A stretch of DNA of 64,000 nt from an uncultured Chthonomonadaceae bacterium (GTDB lineage Bacteria > Armatimonadota > Chthonomonadetes > Chthonomonadales > Chthonomonadaceae): NCBI GenBank assembly GCA_963835065.1, contig CAWIEK010000024.1, forward strand, positions 32,001-96,000, given 5' to 3'. Position numbers and translations under genes: made by a program. The notes beneath the pieces are model-generated. The model worked only from the letters and a program-made list of their open reading frames with translations. It did no database searches and was not told the origin of the DNA. Positions 28,258-37,214 of the stretch are shown piece after piece. Position 1 is the stretch's first letter. The number at the start of each line of letters is the position of its first letter.

Positions 28258-29592
28258 ATGGCGGAATTGAATTTGTTGTTTAAGAACCGGAATGTGCCCG
28301 GTATTGAGAATATTGACGTTTATGAGGCGAACGGCGGCTATGCGGGGCTGAAAAAAGCCGTTGCAATGGAGCGGCAGGCCGTTATTGACGAAGTGAAAAC
28401 GTCCGGGCTGCGCGGGCGGGGCGGGGCGGGCTTCCCGACGTGGATCAAGTGGAACGGCCTGCCCAAAAACTACAACGCGCCGCATTATGTCATCTGCAAC
28501 GCGGATGAGGGCGAACCCGGCACGTACAAAGACCGCGAATTGATGCTGAAACTGGCGCATACGCTGGTCGAAGGCATGATTCTCGCGGGTTATGCCACGC
28601 ACAGCACAAAAGGCTATGTGTACATCCGGGGCGAGTACGTGCAGCCGGCCTGGCAGGTGCGCAAAGCCATAGATCAGGCGTATAAGGCCGGGTATCTGGG
28701 CAAAAATATCCTGGGCGTTGAGGGCTTCAACTTCGATCTGTACATTCAGATGGGCGCGGGCAGTTACGAGTGTGGCGAAGAGTCCGCGCTGATGAGCAGT
28801 CTGATGGGCGAGCGGGGCAACCCGCGTTTGAAATTCCCCCACGCGCCCCTGCCTACTGTGGAAGGCGTGTGGAAATCGCCCACGCTGATTAACAATGTCG
28901 AAACGTACTGCGCGGCAACGTGGATTCTCGCCAACGGCGGCGCGGAATACGCCAAATACGGCACGGAAAAAAGCAAGGGCAGCAAAGTGATGTCCGTATC
29001 CGGGCATGTCGCCCGTCCGGCAAATTACGAAATCGAGTTGGGAACGCCCCTGATGGAACTGCTGGACATGGCGGGCGGCGTCACGAACGGGCGCTTGAAA
29101 GCCGTGATACCGGGCGGCTCCTCGGTGCAGATTATGACCGCAGAGCAGTGCCAAAAGATCAATCTGGATTACGAAAGCTGCGCGGCGAACGGCACATTGC
29201 TTGGTTCAGGCGGCTTCATGGCGTTCAACGACCTGACCGACATTCCCCTGCTGATGAAGCGCACGGCGGAATTTTACATGCACGAATCTTGCGGCAAATG
29301 TACGCCCTGCCGCGAAGGAACGCGCTGGATTTACAAAATTCTGGATCGCGTCACATCGGGAGCCGGGCGCGACGGCGACATTGACCTTCTGCTGGATGTG
29401 TGCAGCCAGATTGACGGACGCTCGTACTGCGGTCTGGGCGACGCCGCCGCGTGGCCGATTGTCGGAGCCATCAAAGTATTCCGCCCCGAATTCGAGTATT
29501 GGATTAAAAACAAAAAATCGCCCGTCGGCCCGCGCCACGTTCCCCCAACGCCCGAAGTGGTCAACCCGCTGCTGATGCTGACGGCAGTGTAG
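28258..29592 (+). CDS. nuoF: NADH-quinone oxidoreductase subunit F
   Basis: GLRGRGGAGFPT, NADEGEPGT, CGEESAL, ESCGKCTPCREG. Confidence 0.97.
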   Translation: MAELNLLFKNRNVPGIENIDVYEANGGYAGLKKAVAMERQAVIDEVKTSGLRGRGGAGFPTWIKWNGLPKNYNAPHYVICNADEGEPGTYKDRELMLKLAHTLVEGMILAGYATHSTKGYVYIRGEYVQPAWQVRKAIDQAYKAGYLGKNILGVEGFNFDLYIQMGAGSYECGEESALMSSLMGERGNPRLKFPHAPLPTVEGVWKSPTLINNVETYCAATWILANGGAEYAKYGTEKSKGSKVMSVSGHVARPANYEIELGTPLMELLDMAGGVTNGRLKAVIPGGSSVQIMTAEQCQKINLDYESCAANGTLLGSGGFMAFNDLTDIPLLMKRTAEFYMHESCGKCTPCREGTRWIYKILDRVTSGAGRDGDIDLLLDVCSQIDGRSYCGLGDAAAWPIVGAIKVFRPEFEYWIKNKKSPVGPRHVPPTPEVVNPLLMLTAV

Positions 29593-29639
29593 GAAAACAT
29601 TGTTGATGTGAACTTCCATAGCAAGAAAGGAAGCGCGAG

Positions 29640-30098
29640 ATGACAGCAACGGTTGCGAAAACGTTCCCTGCGTATCGGAATGTCGTGCAGGAGTTGGTAG
29701 AGGAGCATTTGGAACTCACAGATCAGCCCCTGCTGCTGGCTCTTTATTACGTGCCGGATCGCGACTCGAATGATATTTTCTTGTTCGAGGTGGCTGATAA
29801 GTTCGGCGGTAATCGGGTCACTGAAGAAAATGCATTTATGGAAGTAACGTTCGGAGCCAACTCGGGGTTGCGTATCGGCAAAAAGCAGCGCCTGCATTTG
29901 ATTATTACAAACCCCAATGAGCTCCGCGCAGCTATTCGGAATAAGTGGCCCGATGTTGTGGAAATTGGCAAAGCCGTAGCGCAAGAACGTTACCAACAAC
30001 TCTACGCCGCGTCTGAGGATGGAGAAAACTTGTTAAGGGACCTGCGCTATTACGCTGCGCCGGATAGGGACCTCCGATATGAACCTGCCGTCGGGTAA
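29640..30098 (+). CDS. Degenerate nucleotidyltransferase-like partner of HEPN
   Basis: 152 aa; DIFLFEV and LIITNPNEL segments; overlaps the following HEPN gene. Confidence 0.6.
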   Translation: MTATVAKTFPAYRNVVQELVEEHLELTDQPLLLALYYVPDRDSNDIFLFEVADKFGGNRVTEENAFMEVTFGANSGLRIGKKQRLHLIITNPNELRAAIRNKWPDVVEIGKAVAQERYQQLYAASEDGENLLRDLRYYAAPDRDLRYEPAVG

Positions 30099-30609
30099 GG
30101 TCTGGCTGCGGCAAGCGCTATCTGACTTGGAATGTGCAAAGCTTCTTGAAACAAATCCAGAACTGCGCTGCCATGCCATTGCAAAATATCAGCAGACAGT
30201 GGAGAAGGGCGTGAAAGCGTTGGCGGTTGCTGTAAGCGACAGTACGACGACGCAGATAACCATTCAGTTCAACCATGATGTCGAATCGTACATCAATGTT
30301 ATGCAGCGTCTGCCACTCAAGCGAAACTCCAACATTCCACAGCGTATTCGCAGCCTGTTCAATGTACAAGACATGAGTATTTTGTACAATCTGATTGCAC
30401 AAGCGCCGCACCGTCCTGCTGCGGGAGAAAGATACGCGCGTAATACCGAATACCCATTTCAGAATACAGAGGATGCATGGGCGGCTCCCTGTGATGCTGG
30501 TGTTTACTCCGAAGAGGAACTGAGAATGTGGGGCCGCTTGACCACAAAAATGATAAATGAGGTGGAAGCATTAGTGGGGGTTTTGTACCGCAGCAAGCGA
30601 AAACGCTGA
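30079..30609 (+). CDS. HEPN domain protein (NTEYP variant)
   Basis: WLRQA.SDL..AK.L, QQ.VEK..KA, HDV, NTEYPF. Confidence 0.82.
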   Translation: MNLPSGKVWLRQALSDLECAKLLETNPELRCHAIAKYQQTVEKGVKALAVAVSDSTTTQITIQFNHDVESYINVMQRLPLKRNSNIPQRIRSLFNVQDMSILYNLIAQAPHRPAAGERYARNTEYPFQNTEDAWAAPCDAGVYSEEELRMWGRLTTKMINEVEALVGVLYRSKRKR

Positions 30610-30729
30610 TAGCTAACCAAGCGCGTCGAATTTGTCAGCGTGTTTGACGCAAGTTGGATACCTCTTTGTTGCTTTCTGGACAAAGTTGCGGGACGGCAAC
30701 AGCACACCCGTTGTTCCTGATTATCAACC

Positions 30730-31080
30730 ATGCCAATGTTGCCGGAAACCATTCTCTCGAACTCTGAGGTGCAAGCGGCATTGCGTCAGGCATGGCAGGA
30801 ATAGTAACATGACAGCAACATTAACATTGACGCCGGAAGCGCTTGAGGACGTGACCGCCCTCTCACTCGCCCTTTCGCTGGCGGCTGCAAACAAATGCGC
30901 TCGTGAAATTGGCCTCAACGCCAACGAGAACCTGGTTGGAATTATGTATTTGTTGGTTGATGGCGAAGATGTTTGGGAGGTCAGTTACGGACCTCTAACT
31001 GTTTCGATCAGCGCGGCGGTTTGATCATCGAAGTGAACGCCAACGACAATAGCATACGGCGCGTACTGCGGGGCAGTGAA
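30730..31080 (+). pseudogene. Decayed small gene(s)
   Basis: 24-codon stub (30730-30804), then ORF from 30809 whose protein-like text continues in another frame (RGGLIIEVNANDNSIRRVLRG) after ~30995. Confidence 0.5.
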
Positions 31081-31106
31081 CACAAACGGGCGCGAAGGAG
31101 CAAGTT

Positions 31107-32465
31107 TTGAAGCATCAGTGGCTATATTTGAGCAATATTGATATACAAACGGAACGCCTGCAATGTGAGCAGGAGGGGCGCGATTTGTCGAGCGTGGAAG
31201 ACGAGTTCGCCCGGGTTCTGAGTCTGGATTTGGAAGACGAGGCCAATCAGCCTGCCGCCGAAGCGCTGCTGGACAAAACGATTGCACTGCCTATCAAGCC
31301 GGGTTTCAAGTACACTGAGCCATCCGACCTGGAAGGTATTCGCGCTTTGCGAACGGCGGATAAAGTCAAACTGCCTGCCCTGAAATTGAACGACGCGCAG
31401 TTGGAAGACAAGGTTTATGGGGCGTGGACGGGGCGCTGCGTGGGCTGTCTGCTTGGCAAGCCGGTGGAAGGCTGGAAGCGGCCCAAACTGTATGGCTACC
31501 TGAAAGATCTGAAGCGCTGGCCGCTTTCGGACTTCTTCCGACTGGATGTCGCTACGCCCGAAGTGAAGGAAAAGTACAAACTGGAAAGCGGATGGGCCGT
31601 CAAGTTCTTTGCGGATAAAGTCGAGTACATGCCGGAAGACGACGATACCAACTACACCACGACCGGGCTTGCCATCCTCCAGAAGTACGGGCCGAATTTC
31701 ACGCCTGCCGACGTGGGCCGCTTCTGGCTGGATAACATTCCCCTGCTCAATACCTGCACGGCGGAGCGCGTGGCCTGGCGGAATATAGACAAAGGTATTG
31801 CGCCGCCCGCAAGCGCCACGTTCCGCAATCCGTACCGGGAGTGGATCGGGGCGCAGATTCGCGCGGATTTTTGGGGCTACGCCGCTGCGGGCAATCCCGA
31901 ACTGGCGGCCACTTTTGCCTGGCGCGATGCAAGCGTGTCGCACGTCAAAAACGGCATTTACGGCGAAATGTGGGCGGCGGCCATGATCGCAGCCGCGTTT
32001 GTCACGGACGATATTTCGACGATTATCTATGCGGGGCTGGCGCAAATTCCCGCGCATTGCCGCCTTCACAGCGCGATTGAAGACATTCTGGAATGGCATG
32101 AGGTAGACGTGGATTACGACACCGCCGTTTATCGCATCCATGAACTGTGGGACGAGAACCGCGCCCACGATTGGTGTCACACCATTTCCAACGCAATGAT
32201 TGTCGCCGCCGGCCTGCTGTGGGGCGAAAGCGATTACGCGAAAACCATTTGCAGATCCGTTCAGGCGTGTTTCGATACCGACTGCAACGGCGCGACAACG
32301 GGTTCCATCTTAGGCATCCTGCACGGACGCAAAGCCTTACCCGCAAAGTGGGCAGATGCCATCCATGACACGCTGCATACGGGCGTCGCCGGATACAACA
32401 TCGTCAAGTTGGGCGACATTGCCCGCGACAGTTTGAAGGTGATAGAGAAAGTGGCAGCGAAGTAG
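31107..32465 (+). CDS. ADP-ribosylglycohydrolase family protein
   Basis: GAW.GR..G..LG, EDDD, REWIGAQIRAD, SH..NG.YG, DTDCNGAT.G; TTG start with AAGGAG SD. Confidence 0.9.
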   Translation: MKHQWLYLSNIDIQTERLQCEQEGRDLSSVEDEFARVLSLDLEDEANQPAAEALLDKTIALPIKPGFKYTEPSDLEGIRALRTADKVKLPALKLNDAQLEDKVYGAWTGRCVGCLLGKPVEGWKRPKLYGYLKDLKRWPLSDFFRLDVATPEVKEKYKLESGWAVKFFADKVEYMPEDDDTNYTTTGLAILQKYGPNFTPADVGRFWLDNIPLLNTCTAERVAWRNIDKGIAPPASATFRNPYREWIGAQIRADFWGYAAAGNPELAATFAWRDASVSHVKNGIYGEMWAAAMIAAAFVTDDISTIIYAGLAQIPAHCRLHSAIEDILEWHEVDVDYDTAVYRIHELWDENRAHDWCHTISNAMIVAAGLLWGESDYAKTICRSVQACFDTDCNGATTGSILGILHGRKALPAKWADAIHDTLHTGVAGYNIVKLGDIARDSLKVIEKVAAK

Positions 32466-32466
32466 C

Positions 32467-32511
32467 TATTTGTGCATAATTGCACAAATACCGGGCGGAA
32501 CAGGGTACAAT
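32467..32511 (+). promoter_or_regulatory. Rex-type operator and probable internal promoter before nuoG
   Basis: Palindrome TATTTGTGCA-TAAT-TGCACAAATA (32467-32490); TACAAT at 32506-32511. Confidence 0.7.
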
Positions 32512-32564
32512 AAGGGAGTTTTGCACTCCTGAAACTTTCCCAATCACGATAAAGGGACACCGCT

Positions 32565-34871
32565 ATGTCGGAAAACAGGCTGACCATGACGGACGCCTCG
32601 CTCAATCCCGCGTCCAGCGACCTGGTTAAAATCAAAATCAACGGCATCGAAATTCAGGTGCCGAAAAACGAAAATATCATCGAGTCGGCCAAGCGCGTCG
32701 GCATAGACATACCCTATTTCTGCTACCATCCCCGTTTGGGCAAAGGCGACGCGGCGAACTGCCGCATGTGCCTTGTGGAAGTGGCGACAACCGCGCCGGA
32801 TGGCAGCGTACGCAAAATGCCCAAGCCCCAGACCGCCTGCACGATGGGCGTTACGGACGGCATGGTGATTGAAACCGAAACCCCGCAGGTCGTGAAAGAC
32901 CGGCGCGGCGTTTTGGAATTTTTGCTCATCAACCATCCGCTCGACTGCCCGATTTGTGACCGGGGCGGCGAGTGCCCCTTGCAAAACAACACCATTTTCT
33001 ACGGCCCGTCCACGACCCGCTACATCGAAGAAAAGCGGCATTTCCCCAAAGCCTATCCGCTTTCGGATTATGTCGTCTTTGACCGCGAGCGCTGCATCCA
33101 CTGCGCCCGCTGCACCCGCTTTACGGAAGACATCAGCGGCGACTCGCAACTGGGATTTTTGAAGCGCGGCGCGGATATGGAAGTGGGCACGTTTGCGCAC
33201 ACCGCGTATAAAAGCAAGTTCAGCGGCAACGTGATTGAACTGTGTCCCGTTGGCGCATTGCTGTCGCGCACGTACCGCTTCAAAGCGCGGCCCTGGGACT
33301 TGAACTCGCAGCGCAGCGTCTGTTCCCGCTGCTCCAACGGCTGCAACATCAAGATTGACTATCGCCTGGATCAACTGCAGCGCGTCAACGCCCGCCTGAA
33401 CGAAGCCGTCAATGAGGAATGGACGTGTGACCGGGGCAAGTTCGGACACGATTATATATCGTCGGCGTCCCGGCTGCAATCGCCCCTGCTGAAAGATGAA
33501 AACGGACAGTTCCACCCCATAGATTGGGCTGCGGCGTCCAATCTGCTGGCAAGCAAGTTGAAAGCGGCGAACGGCAGCGTGGGCGGCATCGGCGGCGCGC
33601 GGCTGACCAATGAAGACTGCTACGCATTCCAGAAATTGTTTCGGGAAAGCCTGGGCACAAATAATCTGGACTCGCGTATAGGGCAGTATCAGGGCGCGAC
33701 GAACGCGCCCCTGTACGACCGCTTCGGCTTTCACGGCATGGGTAACAGCATTGCAGATCTGGAAAACATGAAGTCCATTCTGGTGCTGGGTTCCGATCTG
33801 GCCGATGAGCAGCCGATTTTGTTCCTGCGCATCCGCAAAGCCTGGCGTTTCAAGGGCGCGTCCGTTGTCAACGCCGTAACCCATGTGGAAAATGACACGG
33901 TGCAGGTAGGCGACTTTGCCGAAGCGGAACTGGTGTACCGCGCGGGCACTGAAATAGCGCTGCTGAATGGCCTGCTCAACGTTCTTTACGCGGAAAACCT
34001 GCTGCCGGAAAGCGCGGCGAGTCTGGCCGCGCTGAAAACAAGCGTCGGCGAGTGGACGCCGGAGCGAACCGCGCAGGAAACGGGCCTGACGGCAGGCCAA
34101 ATTACCGCCGCCGCGCGCCTGCTTGCCAAAGGGCCGATGGCGATACTGGCGGGCAAAGCCGTGATGAACCATCCGCAGTACGCCGATGTTGCCGCCGCAT
34201 TAGGCAATCTGCTTGTGGCGACGGGCAACCCAACAACCAACTTGAATATTCCCGGCCTGGAGTGCAACACGCAGGGCGCGATGGACATGGGCATCCTGCC
34301 GGACAATCTGCCCGGTTACGCCAACGCCACCAACCCCGGCATGAACACGCAGCAAATGCTGGAAGCGGCGGCAAGCGGGCAATTGCAGGTGCTATGGATT
34401 GCGGGCGCGGATTTAATACAGCACTACCACGATCCAAGTTTGGCGCAGCGCGCCTTGCAGACGGCGTTTACGGTTGTCAGCGAATTGCACCTGACGGAAA
34501 CGGCGGAACTGGCTGATTTGGTATTGCCCGCCGCCAGCGTCGCGGAAAAAGACGGCACGTACACCAATTGCGAACGGCGCGTCCAGCGTATCTACAAGGC
34601 GTTCGAAATTAGCCCCAACATCAAGCCCGACTGGCTGATATTTACGGAAGCCGCCACGCAGGTCGCCGGCATCGCGCCCTACTTCTCCGCCCGCGACATT
34701 CTGCGCGACATCGCCGCCAACGTTCCCATTTACAGCGGCATCACGCCCAAAAGCTTGGGAGAAGCCGGCATACGCTGGAACTACCCGGATGGAACGGCAA
34801 AACAGTATACGGTGGCTCCCGTTACGTACAAAGCGCCAACTCGGACGGCGGTTGGAGCGACGGCTTACTAA
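32565..34871 (+). CDS. nuoG: NADH-quinone oxidoreductase subunit G
   Basis: FCYH..CRMCLVE, NHPLDCPICD.GGEC, CIHCARC, CSRCSNGC. Confidence 0.97.
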   Translation: MSENRLTMTDASLNPASSDLVKIKINGIEIQVPKNENIIESAKRVGIDIPYFCYHPRLGKGDAANCRMCLVEVATTAPDGSVRKMPKPQTACTMGVTDGMVIETETPQVVKDRRGVLEFLLINHPLDCPICDRGGECPLQNNTIFYGPSTTRYIEEKRHFPKAYPLSDYVVFDRERCIHCARCTRFTEDISGDSQLGFLKRGADMEVGTFAHTAYKSKFSGNVIELCPVGALLSRTYRFKARPWDLNSQRSVCSRCSNGCNIKIDYRLDQLQRVNARLNEAVNEEWTCDRGKFGHDYISSASRLQSPLLKDENGQFHPIDWAAASNLLASKLKAANGSVGGIGGARLTNEDCYAFQKLFRESLGTNNLDSRIGQYQGATNAPLYDRFGFHGMGNSIADLENMKSILVLGSDLADEQPILFLRIRKAWRFKGASVVNAVTHVENDTVQVGDFAEAELVYRAGTEIALLNGLLNVLYAENLLPESAASLAALKTSVGEWTPERTAQETGLTAGQITAAARLLAKGPMAILAGKAVMNHPQYADVAAALGNLLVATGNPTTNLNIPGLECNTQGAMDMGILPDNLPGYANATNPGMNTQQMLEAAASGQLQVLWIAGADLIQHYHDPSLAQRALQTAFTVVSELHLTETAELADLVLPAASVAEKDGTYTNCERRVQRIYKAFEISPNIKPDWLIFTEAATQVAGIAPYFSARDILRDIAANVPIYSGITPKSLGEAGIRWNYPDGTAKQYTVAPVTYKAPTRTAVGATAY

Positions 34872-34889
34872 AGGACTGTCGAAATCAGC

Positions 34890-36200
34890 ATGAGCTATCT
34901 GGAACAGATTATCAATTATCGCGCGATTTTGCCGGAAGTATGGCACGGCGTTTATCTGCCGGGGTGGGTTCCGTATATTGCCATGCTGGGCATGGTGGGC
35001 TTCATCCTGACGATTTTGCCCGGCCTGATCTGGATTGAGCGCGTCGTTATTGCTTTGATGCAGGATCGTCCCGGCCCCAACCGAGTCGGGCCGCGTGGAC
35101 TGCTGCAATCCACTGCCGATGTCGTCAAGCTGTTCTTCAAGGAAGATTTTCGTCCCAAAAGTATTGACCGAACGCTGTACTATCTCGCGCCGTTCATGAC
35201 GATGGTGATTGCGCTATCCGCAGGCGCGGTGCTGCCCTCCGGGTTTATATTCTTCCGCAACGCGGCAAATGTGGTGTACCCAATCGCCATTACGGTTGGC
35301 GACGTGAACATCGGCCTGTTGTACATTCTTGCCATGTCGTCGCTCGGCGTGTACGGCCTTGTGCTGGCAGGATGGGCGTCCAACAACAAGTATTCGCTGC
35401 TTGGCGGACTTCGCGCCTCGGCGCAGCTTATCAGTTACGAACTTTCGATGGGATTGGCGCTGTTATGCGTGATTGTTCTCGCCGGGTCGGTGAAACTGAG
35501 CGATGTGGTGATTGCGCAGTCCGGCCCGCCGTTTGGTTTGCGCGGCCTGCCGCCGATTTTGAACGGCAGCATTTTCTCGTGGTACTGGCTGCAAAGTTTG
35601 ATTGTGCCGGTTGTGCTGTACACCATTGCCATGATCGCGGAAACCAACCGCGCGCCGTTCGACCTGCCGGAAGCCGAATCCGAACTGATTGCCGGGTTCC
35701 ATACCGAATACTCGTCTATGAAGTTCGCCACGTTCTTTGCCGCCGAATACATCAACATGCTTGTCGTGTCCGGCCTGAACGCGGCGATGTTTTGGGGCGG
35801 GCCGTTGCCGCCGCTCAATATCTGGCCGCTTAACGTCGTACCCGGCTTCATCTGGTTTATCACCAAGATTATGATGGGCATTTTCCTGTACACCTGGCTG
35901 CGGGCTACGATGCCCCGCCTGCGCTACGATGCCCTGATGAACCTGGGCTGGAAGCGGATGCTGCCCATCGGGTTGGTGTGGCTGTTCCTGCTGTGTGGCT
36001 ACAGCCTGGCGCGCGACATGGTTGCCGATCAGCCGGGTTCGCCCATCATGCGGACAACAACCGGCGTACCGCTTGCCTTGCAGCCCCCGGTAGCCCCGGA
36101 GCCGCCAATGGTGATACAGGACTTTGGCCCGTCCGGGCGCGCGTCTGCTCCGCGTACCCGAACGGTTCCAACTCGACCCAATGCGCCGTCTGCGCCGTAA
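34890..36200 (+). CDS. nuoH: NADH-quinone oxidoreductase subunit H with Pro-rich tail
   Basis: GPNRVGP.G, SNNKY..LGGLR, ETNRAPFDLPEAESEL, PRLRYD. Confidence 0.97.
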   Translation: MSYLEQIINYRAILPEVWHGVYLPGWVPYIAMLGMVGFILTILPGLIWIERVVIALMQDRPGPNRVGPRGLLQSTADVVKLFFKEDFRPKSIDRTLYYLAPFMTMVIALSAGAVLPSGFIFFRNAANVVYPIAITVGDVNIGLLYILAMSSLGVYGLVLAGWASNNKYSLLGGLRASAQLISYELSMGLALLCVIVLAGSVKLSDVVIAQSGPPFGLRGLPPILNGSIFSWYWLQSLIVPVVLYTIAMIAETNRAPFDLPEAESELIAGFHTEYSSMKFATFFAAEYINMLVVSGLNAAMFWGGPLPPLNIWPLNVVPGFIWFITKIMMGIFLYTWLRATMPRLRYDALMNLGWKRMLPIGLVWLFLLCGYSLARDMVADQPGSPIMRTTTGVPLALQPPVAPEPPMVIQDFGPSGRASAPRTRTVPTRPNAPSAP

Positions 36201-36217
36201 CAGGGAATTTTTTATTC

Positions 36218-36766
36218 ATGCTTCCTGATTTTATTGTTCCGCTTACACAACCCGGTGGTGTGCTGTTCCTGGTTTTGGCGATTGTGTCTATCGCCGCCGC
36301 CATCATGATGGTTGTCAGCCTGAACCCGGTGCGCAGCGCGCTGTACCTGGTGACAACGTTTTTGTGCGTGGCTATCTTCTATATCACGCTTTCCGCGCAG
36401 TTTATCGCCGCCGTGCAGATCATCGTTTACGCCGGGGCGATCATGGTGCTGTTTTTGTTCGTCATCATGCTGCTCAATCTGGGAGCGCCCGAAGCGCTGC
36501 GGGAGCGTGGAACCATTCAAACTATTCCCGCTACTGTTTTGGGCCTGCTGTTTGCCGTCGCCCTGGCGTTTTCGGGAACGCTGGTCAATCTGCCGACGCA
36601 AAGCGCCGAATCCATTGCGGCTATTCCCAATTTAGGCACGGTGCAGAACGTGGGTCTGTACCTGTACAATCCCAATCAGCCCTGGCTGTTCCCGTTTGAA
36701 GTGACTTCCATATTGCTGCTGATCGCCATTGTGGGCGCGATTATCATGGCAAAGAGAAAAGTGTAG
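36218..36766 (+). CDS. nuoJ: NADH-quinone oxidoreductase subunit J
   Basis: NPVRSAL.L, QIIVYAGAIMVLFLFVIMLL, PFE..S.LL. Confidence 0.95.
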   Translation: MLPDFIVPLTQPGGVLFLVLAIVSIAAAIMMVVSLNPVRSALYLVTTFLCVAIFYITLSAQFIAAVQIIVYAGAIMVLFLFVIMLLNLGAPEALRERGTIQTIPATVLGLLFAVALAFSGTLVNLPTQSAESIAAIPNLGTVQNVGLYLYNPNQPWLFPFEVTSILLLIAIVGAIIMAKRKV

Positions 36767-36775
36767 GAGCGCGTC

Positions 36776-37078
36776 ATGGTTCCGACTTCTTACTATTTGG
36801 TGCTGTCCGCCATTTTGTTCACGATTGGCGTGATCGGCGTGTTGGTCAAGCGCAACCCAATCGTCATTTTCATGTGCATCGAGTTGATGCTGAACGCGGC
36901 CAACCTGTCGTTTATCGCGCTGGGGCGCCACTTCGGCCAGATCAACGGCCAGATGTACGTGATTTTCGCGCTGGCGGTTGCCGCTGCGGAAGTGTCGGTG
37001 GGCCTGGGCATCATCATCGCCATCTTCCGCTCCAAAGAAACGATTAACATTGACGAAGTGAATTTGATGAAGTTCTGA
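36776..37078 (+). CDS. nuoK: NADH-quinone oxidoreductase subunit K
   Basis: IELMLNAANL, AVAAAEV.VGL. Confidence 0.96.
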   Translation: MVPTSYYLVLSAILFTIGVIGVLVKRNPIVIFMCIELMLNAANLSFIALGRHFGQINGQMYVIFALAVAAAEVSVGLGIIIAIFRSKETINIDEVNLMKF

Positions 37079-37083
37079 GGAGG

Positions 37084-37200
37084 GTGTTCAGGTGTTCAGG
37101 TGTTCGGGTATTCAGGACAATGCAAAAGTACAATGCTACTTTTAGCGCGGCAAGAATAGAAGCCGAACACCTGAACACCTGAACACTTGAATACCTGAAC
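37084..37200. repeat. Inverted (GTGTTCAG)n octamer arrays
   Basis: nuoK-nuoL junction; single arms of the same unit near 12857, 23772, 48620, 56803. Confidence 0.85.
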
Positions 37201-37214
37201 GCCGGAGTGTTCTG

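Noticed and set aside
32544..34172. Long antisense ORFs over nuoG, nuoD, nuoM, ARH and the AT3 gene
   Set aside because: Shadow frames of GC-rich coding sequence with no recognisable motifs.
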